Shown here: one piece after another, positions 41,501 to 61,310 of the stretch | Numbering within the stretch: position 1 is the first letter of the stretch | How the letters are laid out: each line of letters starts with the position of its first letter | Source of the DNA: the human T2T-CHM13v2.0 reference genome, Homo sapiens | Strand: one strand, 5' to 3' | DNA length: 64,000 nucleotides | Assembly (NCBI RefSeq): GCF_009914755.1 | Contig: NC_060931.1 | Translations under genes and position numbers: made by a program | Notes under the pieces: model-generated | What the model was told of the DNA's origin: nothing | Database searches by the model: none | What the model saw: the letters and a program-made list of their open reading frames with translations, nothing else

Positions 41501-42249
41501 AAGAGCAAGGAATCGCCAGGCCCAAACCGCGGGGTGAGCCAGGGCTCAGAAACGAGGGTGGCCCGGGAGCCATTCTGCCCGGGCGATGGGCAGGTGTCTG
41601 AGGCCCCACGGGGCAGGAGGGGAGGTGGAGGGGCTCGCAGGAGAGCTGCCCCTGCCCCGCACAAAGCAGCTGCTCTCACAGGGTTGCAGGGTTGGACGTG
41701 GGTGGGAGCCATGGTCACTCTGCAGCCTTCCCAGCAACCCCATAAGCACCAAACTCCCTGTGTTAAACCCCTTCCTGTTTGAGATGCCTGTGGGGGTCCT
41801 GTTTCACCTTTGTGGATACCGTGGGCATGTCTGTTACCAGACTGCAGTCCACAAAAGTGAAAGCTCATGCTTTGGCGGAGACAATTCAAAGTCTCTACTT
41901 GCTTAAAAATTCTCATCTTTTGAGATAAATAAGATCCAAAAAGATATGCCTCATTTTATAATAAATCTTTGCTGTTTTTTAGGAGTGTTTCTTGGGGAGA
42001 GGGAAGAAACTGTTTGATTTTCATCATGTCTGGGTGTTAAATTTCTCCAAACACTTCTTGGGCATTCACTGAGATGAGAAACGGCCCCGGCCCTGCCACT
42101 GCCCACCCTTCGGGAAACGCCCCACCACAGACCCAGCCCCCAGGCTCGCCCTCACCGGGCGCCAGGGGATGTTTGCTATTTAACACAGAGAACAGGAAAT
42201 CAGGAGGCGCTCCCCATCACCTCCCAGGTCAGACGCCATCCACCCTCCT

Positions 42250-44078
42250 CATCACCAACGCCCACGCAGGATGACATAACTACAGCTCTACGGACCGGCT
42301 TCCATCACCAACGCCCACGCAGGATGACATCACTACAGCTCTAGGGACCGGCTTCCATCACCAACGCCCACGCAGGATGACTTCACTACAGCTCTACGGA
42401 CCGGCTTCCATCACCAAGGCCCACGCAAGATGACATCACTACAGCTCTACGGACAGGCTTCCATCACCAACGCCCATGCAGGATGATGACATCACTACAG
42501 CTCTAGGGACAGCTTCCATCACCAACGCCCACGCAGGATGATGACATGACTGCAGCTCTACGGACCGGCTTCCATCACCGACGTCCACGCAGGATGATGA
42601 CATCACTGCAGTTCTAGGACCAGCTTCCATCACTGACGCCCACGCAGGATGATGACAGCACTACAGTTCTACGGACCGGCTTCCATCACCGACGCCCACG
42701 CAGGATGATGACATCACTACAGTTCTACGGACCGGCTTCCATCACCGACGCCCACGCAGGATGATGACATCACTACAGCTCTACGGACCGGCTTCCATCA
42801 CCGACGTCCACGCAGGATGATGACATCACTACAGCTCTACGGACCGGCTTCCATCACCGACGTCCACGCAGGATGATGACATCACTACAGCTCTACGGAC
42901 CGGCTTCCATCACCGACGCCCACGCAGGATGATGACATCACTACAGCTCTACGGACCGGCTTCCATCACCGACGCCCACGCAGGATGATGACATCACTAC
43001 AGCTCTACGGACCGGCTTCCATCACCGACGCCCACGCAGGATGATGACATCACTGCAGCTCTACGGACCGGCTTCCATCACCGACGCCCACGCAGGATGA
43101 TGACATCACTGCAGCTCTACGGACCGGCTTCCATCACCGACGCCCACGCAGGATGATGACATCACTGCAGCTCTACGGACCGGCTTCCATCACCGACGCC
43201 CACGCAGGATGATGACACCACTGCAGCTCTACGGACCGGCTTCCATCACCGACGCCCACGCAGGATGATGACATCACTGCAGCTCTACGGACCGGCTTCC
43301 ATCACCGACGCCCACGCAGGATGATGACATCACTGCAGCTCTACGGACCGGCTTCCAGCACCGACGCCCACGCAGGATGATGACATCACTGCAGCTCTAC
43401 GGACCGGCTTCCATCACCGACGCCCACGCAGGATGATGACATCACTGCAGTTCTACGGACCGGCTTCCATCACCGACGCCCACGCAGGATGATGACATCA
43501 CTACAGTTCTACGGACCGGCTTCCATCACCGACGCCCACGCAGGATGATGACATCACTGCAGTTCTACGGACCGGCTTCCATCACCGACGCCCACGCAGG
43601 ATGATGACATCACTACAGTTCTACGGACCGGCTTCCATCACCGACGCCCACGCAGGATGACATCACTGCAGTTCTACGGACCGGCTTCCATCACAGACGC
43701 CCACGCAGGATGATGACATCACTACAGTTCTACGGACCGGCTTCCATCACCGACATCCACGCAGGATGATGACATCACTACAGCTCTAGGACCGGCTTCC
43801 ATCACCAACGTCCACGCAGGATGATGACATCACTACAGCTCTATGGACCGGCTTCCATCACCGACGCCCACGCAGGATGATGACATCACTACAGCTCTAT
43901 GGACCGGCTTCCATCACCGACGCCCATGCAGGATGACATCACTACAGCTCTACGGACCGGCTTCCATCACCAACGCCCACGCAGGATGATGACATCACTA
44001 TAGCTCTAGGACCGGCTTCCATCACCGACGCCCACGCAGCATGACATCGCTACAGCTCTACCGACCGGCTTCCATCAC
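42250..44078. repeat. 56-bp VNTR, 33 copies (53-bp variants mainly at the edges)
   Basis: Unit acgcccacgcaggatgatgacatcactacagctctacggaccggcttccatcaccg; period 56 confirmed (42916, 42972, 43028...). Confidence 0.98.
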
Positions 44079-44089
44079 CCACACGCCTT

Positions 44090-47023
<2,934 letters not shown>

Positions 47024-47050
<27 letters not shown>

Positions 47051-47335
47051 AAATGGATGGACACGGGGCGTAGTGTGGCCGGCAGGCGGCCCATGGACTA
47101 TTACTCAGTCCCAAAAACGGATGGACACAGGGCAGCAGGGCCGACAGGCGGCCCATGAACTATTAGCCATGAAAACGGATCAAAAACAGATGGACATGGG
47201 GCAGCGCGGCTGGCAGACAGCCCATAAACTATTACTCAGCCCCAAAAACGAATGGACATGGGGCAGATGGACTATTTTACTCAGCCACAAAAACGGATCA
47301 AAAACGGATGGACACGGGGCAGCGTGGCCGGCAGG
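47024..47335. repeat. Diverged ~65-bp tandem repeat derived from an L1 3' UTR segment
   Basis: ccatggactattttactcagccccaaaaa..ggatggacacgggg recurs 4-5 times. Confidence 0.75.
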
Positions 47336-48036
47336 GATGAAGGAGGGAGCCGGCCTCCCGCTGCCTACGCGGGCTTCAGGGAGACCACACAAGTTCTCGG
47401 GGTCTCAGTTCCCCCACACGTAAGACTGTTCCTCAGGTTCCACCTGCCTTTCAGCCCTGTACATGTATGAGTTCAAAATTCAGTCGGCAGACAACCCGGC
47501 ATGCAGCAGTCAGACAGGAGAAAATAAAAACAATGTGGTGGGGGTGGGTGGAATTCTACTAAGAAAAACAATTCGGGCTCCCAGGGAGCCTCCACAGACA
47601 CCAGCCACCACTCAGCCCCAAGAGTTCAATGACACACAATCCCACTGCCAGGGCAGTAATGCTTCTTGGGGCAAAATACCATTGGTCTTAAGTATTTTGG
47701 ATCAGAGCAAATTCTCAAGGCCATGAAGTTCACGGCCTCATTTGATGGTTTTATAAAGCTGCGGTCTTCACGCTCTAGTAATACACACTGATTTTCAAGA
47801 TTACAAAAGCAGCAAATCCAGAGCCTCTACACGCCGGTTCAAGCCAAGTAGCCCTGCTCCCTTCCGCTGACCACCACCTGTGCCCCGCGTTCTGGCTGTG
47901 CGAGGCGCAAGCCCCACAGCCAGGCGGTCACGCCAGGCGGGTTTACAGCCAAGACCATGAAACACCCAGGGCCAGAAAGACTGCACCTGGGAACATGGTA
48001 CCCTGGGCTTACTGTGGCCCACGAAGCCTTCTGTGG

Positions 48037-48214
48037 CCACTGCACTCACACAGGGCAGCATGCTGCACCCACCCACTGCACTCACACAGGGCAGCGTGCT
48101 GCACCCACCCACTGCACTCACACAGGGCAGCGTGCTGCACCCACCCACTGCACTCACACAGGGCAGCGTGCTGCACCCACCCACTGCACTCACACAGGGC
48201 AGCGTGCTGCACAC
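48037..48214. repeat. 36-bp VNTR, 5 copies
   Basis: Unit ccactgcactcacacagggcagcgtgctgcacccac. Confidence 0.96.
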
Positions 48215-50808
48215 ACCCGAGGCCTTGTCTGAGCCCTCATGGTCCTTACACGGCACCTCGACACATGGACCCTGCCCTCGACTGAGGCTCCGCCGGCTCG
48301 CAGCCAGCCACAGGAAGGGATCCTGGTCTCTGCTAGTGGGCTCCATGAGGTAACCAGAGTCAGAAACCAGGGGTGAGTCTCTTCCCCAGGACCAGCTGGC
48401 CAGGTGACTGAAACCAGCACAGCACCCACGCCTCTGCCCCTGGCACCTCCAGGCTGCTAAGAATCAGCTGTCAAGATGCTCGTGGGGACGGAAAGTGTTG
48501 CACACATAAGGGATTCTTACGAGGCAGAGGAAGCCAGGGGGGTTCTGCTGACATGCTGACAGCAGTGGACTGAGGGAGCCCACCTTCCATTTCCAGGCAG
48601 CCAAACAGCACTGACAGCAGCAGGGAGGCGGCCAGGTCATCACAGGGGCCTCCACACCAGCAGCCACTCGGCTGGCTCTGCATGGGGTGGTCACGCGTAT
48701 GCCGCCTTCCCCCGCATACGGCTCCGTGGCTTCAGACAGAAACAGAGAAGCTAAGGGTCCCCTTTAGTGAGACTGGAGAGGCAGGGGGAGGGCGAAAGAC
48801 AGAAAGACCTGCCGAGTCACATGACCTCCCACCACGTCCGCCGACCCCAAGGGATGCTGGGCAGCAGGCCTGGCTCAGCCGGGGCCCCACAGTCCTCCCG
48901 AAGGACATGTGTCATTTGAAACCTCATCCTCACAACCCGCTCAAGTGGGAAACCAGGCCTGGAAGGGTTAAAGGAACGTGAAAACAGAACTCCTAAACCC
49001 CAGCTCCCCGGGGAGGGCTTAGCTATGAAACAGGAAGCAGACAGGGCAAACCCTGGGACCCCTCTGGTCCACAAGAGGAAAGGCCCAAGGCGCCAACCCC
49101 AGCGGCAGAACCTCCTGCCCGCAGAGCTGAGGAGGACAGAAGCGGCAGGTGCCAGTCCCTCCTAAGACCAGTGGGCAATCATACAGCCCAGTCACCAAGA
49201 CACGAGACAGGCCCATGGGAGCAACTGTTCCTCCTGCCGGGCCACCACAAGCCACCCACCTCCCCAGCACTCCAGGCCAGCAGGGCCCTCCGGGATGGGG
49301 AGCTCAGCAAACAACACCCAGAGCCGAGACCCTGAGGCCCTGGTGCCCAGGACCGAGGAACGGCCAAACCTCACCAACGCCAGACAGAGGCACCAGGGAC
49401 TGAAGCCTGGGAGAGTGAGTGCACCCGGCCCAGGAGGCTTCCCGGGCCAAGCCCACAGGCCTGAGTGGGAACCGGAACGCTGAAGGAACACTCCCCAAGG
49501 GGCGATGAAGTTCCCATCACTTGGGGACGTGGCGGCGATCCTGGCGCAAGCTCAGAGTGCTCATGCTGTGGGAAGAGGCTGCACGGGGCCCCGGGAGTGG
49601 CCGCTGACCCGCAGGCTCCCCAGACGGACGTTGCTGGGAGGACAACACAATGGCCCACGGGGGGACACAGGCTTCTCCATCCTCGATGGTGGATTCCGGA
49701 GGTTCATCCAGGATCCACTGGGGGAGGGGAGGGAAGCAGCGCAGTACTTTTCCACACGCTCCCCCGGAGCCCAGGAATGCTGCTCCCCAGGCCCAGCCGC
49801 CCACCCTCCTAAGCACTTGGGTTCAGCTTCACAAAACGCTTGAAACTTTTTTTTTTTTAAAACAATTTCCCATGAGAACCAGGGAGAGTCAGCAAGGAAA
49901 TATCCATATTAGCAGAGACACCCCATTTCACTGGGAGACTGGCTCCCAGACATACAAGAACATGAGCCCCTGAGCCCCCACACTCCATCTGAAAACCCTC
50001 CCAGTAGCCCGGAAACTGGCCACAGGGGCATGCAGTTTGCAGAGAATCCAGCTGAAGGCAGCTCCCTCCGCCAGCTCCCTCGGAAGGAACGTGCTGCCGA
50101 CCCCTGCTGGTGAACCGGGCTCCACCGAGACCGCATTCCCTGGCTTCCCAGGCCCTCTTCCCGCTGCCAGCTCCTCCAAAGGCTAAGGAACCAGCTCCAG
50201 GTCGCTTCCCAACGCTCAGCTGGGCGGGCCTGAGACCAACTCCACGCCAGTGGCCGGAAAGCCAAGTGAAAGCTGGTGACTCTGCCGGCAGCTGCGTGTT
50301 ACAGACCAGCAGAGTCCAGCCCTCAAAGCGTAGCTGGAGGAAACAAAGGCTTTCTTCTTTCCCCTCTTGCTTTCCAGGTTTCTTTTAATCAACACCTATT
50401 TTAATAATGAAAAATAATCACATACTTTAAAATAATTACTTGAACCTAAACAAAAGGACAGACACCACTCCCTCACTTGGGCAGGAGTTTTAACCTCTGC
50501 CCACAGTCACCGTAAGCCGAGCTGTCTTGGGGGTGCTGCCAGTGACCAGCGGCCTGTGTGGGGATCTGGCTGGAGGAGGGTTCACCAAGAAGGGAGAGCC
50601 AGAAGCCTCTTGACTCAACTCAAAAAGTCCAGGGTGACGCCGCGCCCACCAAAGTCGTGTGTGCCTGAGGCTCTGCGGAATTGAGACTGGGCTGAACCAC
50701 AGAACAAGAGCTCCAGCAGCTCTCGGGAAACCAGCGTCCATCTGGAACCCAAACTAAAAAGCACAACTGGACCTCAGGCTGTGAAGAAGGAGTGAGTAAG
50801 AGGCAGTC

Positions 50809-51007
50809 GGGGGGTGGGGGGGGAGGGGGGAGGGATAGCATTGGGAGATATACCTAATGCTAGATGACGAGTTAGTGGGTGCAGCGCACCAGCATGGCAC
50901 ATGTATACATATGTAACTAACCTGCACAATGTGCACATGTACCCTAAAACTTAAAGTATAATAATAAAAAATAAAAAAAATTTTAAAAAAGCACACACAC
51001 AAAAAAA
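50809..51007 (+). mobile_element. 5'-truncated young L1 (L1PA2-like) 3' end with target-site duplication
   Basis: Matches the L1 3' UTR (gggatagcattgggagatatacctaatgctagatgac...gtaccctaaaacttaaagtataat). Diagnostic GAG rather than ACA/ACG, and ttaAagtat. TSD AAGAGGCAGTC at 50798-50808 and 51008-51018. Confidence 0.92.
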
Positions 51008-52327
51008 AAGAGGCAGTCAGCCTGGGAGACACAGGAATTCAACAGCCTGCGGAGGAGGAGCCGAAATTCAAGGTGAGGCTCAGGTGGAACGCGGGGCTGC
51101 CTGCTGACCCGCTGCGCGGGAGCCGCAGGACCTCTGCACCTGCCAGGCCTCAGCCTCCGGGTGACCTTGGGGTGTTCTGCTAGAGAGCCCAGGACAAGCT
51201 GTCTGGCTGTGCTTGGGGTGCTGTCTGGCTTCCCTCGCCCGGGGGGTGGCAGTGAGAGACGACCCTCTGAGACAGCCAGGAGCTCCTCTAGGCACACACC
51301 CCAGCTTCTCCCTTCCACCCACGCCTGCTGAGCCGCCTGCAGCCACAGACGTGGTGGACGTGATTTCACACCACCTTCCGAGAGCTCAGCACTGCCTCAT
51401 TGGACAGGATCCCAGAGTGAGCTGGGCCACACCCAGCAACCAGGCACACTCCACCGTCCCGGGCATCCGTGGCTGGGTAGCCCAGGGACCCCTCCAAGCA
51501 CTGGCTGTGCCCACCTCCTGCTGGAAGCCGCTTTGAAGGGCCCACGTGGGCTCCCCCTTTCCACCTCCCTTTGCACAGCGGCCATTTTCTCATTTCATGA
51601 AAAACAGGGCCACCTGCCACCCCACATCTCACAATGGCACACTGCCCCGGGCACGAGACCTCCAGCACTAATCAATGGCAAAGCTTGAACCCTGGTGTCA
51701 CCCTGGGGAAGTGAACAAATGTAACAAGCCAGCACCGGGCCCCTGCACAACTCAGGGACCCAGTCCACCTGTCACTTACTGATAGAGCTTTAAAATAAAT
51801 CCTGAAAATATGTGCCCAAACCACAGAATGGTCTCAAAGTTTAAGGACTTAAGCAACAAAGCTACAACACTACTCTTGTTCCCATTTACTCATCTATGTC
51901 AGCAAGGGCGCTCAGCACTGAAATCTGACATGAGAACAGGAACAAAGCCTGTGGAAACCCGCTTTCTCTCGAGCAATGACAGCGCGGATCCACAGGTGAG
52001 TGTGCCATCCGCAGACACGGAAAGCCCTGCCCTTCCACGGGGTGGTAACACGGGGTGACAATGCTCTTACCACGATGTGACGCGCGCGTCGTCAGATTTC
52101 ACTTTATGTAGAATCATTTGTGAAAATTCCTAATCTATTATGCTGTTTCGATCAACTGCATGCTCCTAATGGTAAACACAGCTCAATGCAGAAGAAAAAT
52201 TTTAACACTCAGAACTTGGTGGGTCAAAAAATTTTTTATATTTTCAAATTTAAATGTATATGCATCTTTTTGTGGAAGATAAACATGATACAGTACATAA
52301 TAAAATACTTTCAAGAATAAAAATGCA

Positions 52328-52950
<623 letters not shown>

Positions 52951-53506
52951 TCACTTTAGGAGAAGATGGCTCACGTGTCTTTTCAAGTGAATGGTGGTGG
53001 ATACTCAAATCTCAACGTTATTCATAACCCGCTGCACACCGTTTAGAAAGTGATACCAATAGGTGATTTTCAAACGGACAATAATCGTGTTATTCGACAC
53101 GAACATTTCTAGATGTGCATTTTTAAACACAGGCTTTCAGGACACGCCTCTGCACATGCCCAGGTGAGGAGCCGCCCCTCGCACCTTCCCAGGGCCCAAC
53201 CGAAGGCCTGCTGCAGGCCCCTCACCATCCTGCATGCCGCCACCAAGTCCCCTACACAACACAGCACCCAAAACAGCAGTTTCCTGGCAGCTAAGAAAGG
53301 CAGTCATAGGGTTCCAACTCAAAATTTACTAAAATCCTTCTTTGTCCTACAATCGCTTCTGGAAGGCACCAAGCCCCACCACGCCTCCGCACCTGTTCCA
53401 GGCTCTGCTCCACAGAGACCAGCAGGCTGAGCCACCCCCTCTCCCTCCAGATCAGATAACAGGTGGATCCCAGAGGGCAGGGCCAGTGAAGCACAGGCGG
53501 CCTTAC

Positions 53507-53635
53507 CTTGGAGCCGGCTCCTTCGCCACTTGGTGCAGCCTCAGGGCCCAGCAGTGGCCCCTCTGCTGACGCCTTCTTCAGCTTTTTGTTCTTTTTCTCT
53601 GTCACTTCAGGAACTTTTCTCTTCTGTTTTGCCAT
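53507..53635 (-). CDS. CHLSN: C7orf50/cholesin first coding exon, codons 1-43 (MAKQKRKVPEVTEKKNKKLKKASAEGPLLGPEAAPSGEGAGSK); remaining exons lie left of the window
   Basis: Minus-strand acceptor tactttctctgttgcAG|G ATG (exon starts at 53636) and donor AAG|GTAAGG at 53507/53506; 129 nt, phase 0. Peptide recognised as the C7orf50 N-terminus. Confidence 0.92.
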
Positions 53636-53847
53636 CCTGCAACAGAGAAAGTAAATTGCTGAAGACAAGGAAATGAAAGGCTTAACTCATGTAAGATTTT
53701 TAAATAAAAAGAGGTAGGGCACTCTCCCATTAAAAAAAAAAAAGAGTATTATGGAAAACATATAAAAGTTAAAATAAACTCAAACTCCCACATTTCATAA
53801 CCTATGGACAACCAACTTGACACATTTTGGTATATTTCCTTTCTGTC

Positions 53848-54324
53848 TTTTTTTTTTTTGAGTCAGGGCCTCACTCTGTCACCCAGGCTGGAGTGCAGTG
53901 GCGCGATCTCAGCTCATCTCACCGTCACCCAGGCTGGAGTGCAGTGGCACAATCTCGGCTCATCCCACCGTCACCCAGGCTGGAGTGCAGTGGCGCGATC
54001 TCGGCTCATCCCACCGTCACCCGGGCTGGAGTGCAGTGGCGCCATCTTGGCTCATCCCACCCTGTCACTCGGGCTGGAGTGCAGTGGCACAATCTCGGCT
54101 CACTGCGTCCTCAAAATTCCAGGCTCAAGCCATCCTCCCACCTCAGCCTCCTGAGCAGCTGTAACCACAGGCGCATGCCACCATGCCTGGCTCACTTAAA
54201 TCTTCTGTAGAGGCAGGGTCTTGCTATGCTGCCCAGGATGGTCTTAAACCCCTTGGTTCCAGCCATCCTCCGCCTCGGCCTCCGCAAGTGCTGGGGCCAC
54301 TGCCATGAGCCACCGTGCCCAGCC
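53848..54324 (-). mobile_element. AluJ-like containing a 5-copy 46-bp internal minisatellite (53878-54103)
   Basis: gtcacccaggctggagtgcagtggcgcgatctcggctcatcccacc at 53878, 53924, 53970, 54016 and 54064. Confidence 0.92.
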
Positions 54325-55487
54325 CCGTTCGGTCTTTTTTCTGAGTGTTTTTATTTAACATAGCTGCAATCATACATGGATTACATATTCTATATTTCTA
54401 ACTGGACATGAACACAAAGCGTTTAAGATTAAGAGAAATACCATTTTTAGTGACATTATCATAATTTCCCAAAGGTGAAAATCTGCCTGCTCTCTAATTA
54501 CTGAATATTTTGAATTGTTTTCACTTTCTCCTATCAGGCTCACTCATGCTCCCCATCAACTAGCGAAGCTGTGGCACCACACGGGCTGCGGGCACCGGTC
54601 CTGCCCATCACAGGACACCTGGCACCCTCGGGTGGAGGGGCTCAAGGACCACCGTGAGTCTGGGGTCTCCTCTGAGTGGGCAAGGAGCATGGAGCAGGCC
54701 ACGTATGAGGGTGGATGCGGCATTCAAGGGGCATGTGGTTAGGCCTCCTTTCTCCAGCACAGCTGTCTCCAGAACACCACGCCAGGACGGAGAAGTCCAG
54801 GGACGGCAGAACCCGTGTCCTTTGTGGACTGTGTGATGAGGGAGCCGAAAGAGGCAGCTGAGGCCACCAGACTTGGGAGCCTGCTGGAGGGGCTGGGATA
54901 GCAGGCCCTGGGCCCCTGATGGAGGGGTGCTGGTGGCTGTGGCCAGGACCTAAGGAACAACCTGGGGTGGCAGCGGGCAGGGACAAGGCTGCTTCTAGGA
55001 GGGAGAAGCAGGGGCCCGGCCCACGCCTGCTGCTGCAGCGAAGCCTCCTGCATGGGCTCACTCATGCAGGACAGCAGGAGCAGAAGAAGCCCTCACCTGA
55101 CCCCATGCCCCTGTCCCCACCCCTCCCTTCCTATCCCCACCCTCCCCAGGGCCACCCCCTCACCCACACTCCTCCCTACACTCCTCCCCACCCTCCAGCT
55201 CCCAGTCTCCTCTGCCGCCCCCACTGGGTGCAGCCGAAAAGGAGCTGAGAACAGAAAAGTGTCCTGCAGAGCCCCAGGCTATGTGGGCCCCGGGCGGGTG
55301 GGGGCGGGGGGGTGCCACAGAGGTGCTGGGGAGCCAAGAGACAGGAGCTCAACAACCAGCACACGCGGCATGCACGCTGCTTCACCACGGCCTCCAGCCC
55401 GGACGGCTCAGACACACACCCACAAAGGACCACGTCAGTAAGCCAGGGAACACCCAGAAAGCCAGATCCCACCCCAAAAGTAAAACA

Positions 55488-56078
<591 letters not shown>

Positions 56079-56499
56079 CTATTGTGGAATCAGAAAACCC
56101 CAAGCCCCTTATTCTTTAATTGAGCCTTATCTTTAAAAAGCATCAGAAGCCAGAGGCTACAGATTTCAATTAGCTATGTAATAAGAAATCTTGGAAGAAT
56201 GAGATACTGTTGACACAGGGGCTCTGGAAAGACAAGAGACCATGCCAGCCAATTACCTTGTGAGAGAAATAAGAAAAGTTCAGCAAATATTTACACACCC
56301 ATTACTATAAAAGTTAAGTAAAATCTATATTCATTCTGTAAGTTATCATTTAAAAACTTAATCACTATGTCTATTTGCTAATAAGGGATAAAAGACTTTT
56401 CCATATTATGGAAAGGTTCCTTTTAATAGTTCTAAGGGAAAGTGACTCAAGCTTTGAGATAATGAATGTTTGTTATGGAAAATGACGTTTACTTTCATT

Positions 56500-57965
<1,466 letters not shown>

Positions 57966-58044
57966 ACTGCAAAAAAAAAAAAAAAAAAACTATAATCCCT
58001 CTCAAATTATTTACCATAAATTTAAAAATGTAACACCCAAGTGC

Positions 58045-60345
<2,301 letters not shown>

Positions 60346-61310
60346 ATATATATATATATATATATACACACACAATTTATTTATTTATTTATATAAAATA
60401 AATATATAAATATATTTACATAAATATGTATTTATATAAATATATAAAAATATATATGAATATATAAATATATAAGTATATATAAAAATATATATAAGTA
60501 TATATAAATATATAAGTATATATAAATATATATAAATATATATAAGTATATATAAATATATAAGCATATATAAATATATATATAAAATATATATGTATAT
60601 ATAAATATATGTATAAATATATGTTTATATAAATATATATAAATATAAGTATATATAAATTTATATAAATATGTATATAAATATATATACATAAATATAT
60701 ATAAATATATACATAAATATATAAATATATATACATAAATATGTATAAATATACATAATTATAAATATATACACAAATATATAAATATATATAAACATAT
60801 ATAAATATATAAAATATATATAAATATATATAAACATATATAAATATATAAAATATATATAAATATATATAAACATATATAAATATATATAAACATAAAT
60901 ATATAAATATATAAACATATAAATATATAAACATATATATAAATATATAAACATATATATAAATATATATAAACATATATAAATATATATAAACATATAT
61001 ATAAATATATATAAACATATATATAAATATATATAAACATATATAAACATATATAAATATATAAACATATATAAACATATAAATATATATAAACATATAT
61101 AAATATATATAAACATATATATGAACATATATAAACATATATAAACATATAAACATAAACATATATATAAACATATATAAACATATATAAATATATATAA
61201 ATATATAAAAATAAATATATATATGCGGATGTGTGTATAAACTGTGTACATATATAACTATATATATAACCATATATATGTACTTATATATATCATCTAC
61301 ACATATATCA
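60346..61310. repeat. ~1-kb AT-rich simple repeat ((TA)n / ATATATAAAY) extending from an Alu tail
   Basis: Almost pure A/T sequence; a related (TA)/(TACA) tract lies at 59889-60056. Confidence 0.97.

Noticed and set aside
42250-44078. CRISPR-like array or tandem C/D snoRNA cluster (ATGATGA = box C)
   Set aside because: No unique spacers and no cas genes in this human DNA. Box D (CTGA) is CCGA/CCAA in nearly all units, and the motif is antisense to the host transcript.
52079-52090. Perfect palindrome GACGCGCGCGTC
   Set aside because: Isolated 12-mer with no supporting context; plausible by chance.
60385-61273. Tyr/Ile-rich ORFs up to 285 aa
   Set aside because: Translation of the (TA)n repeat.
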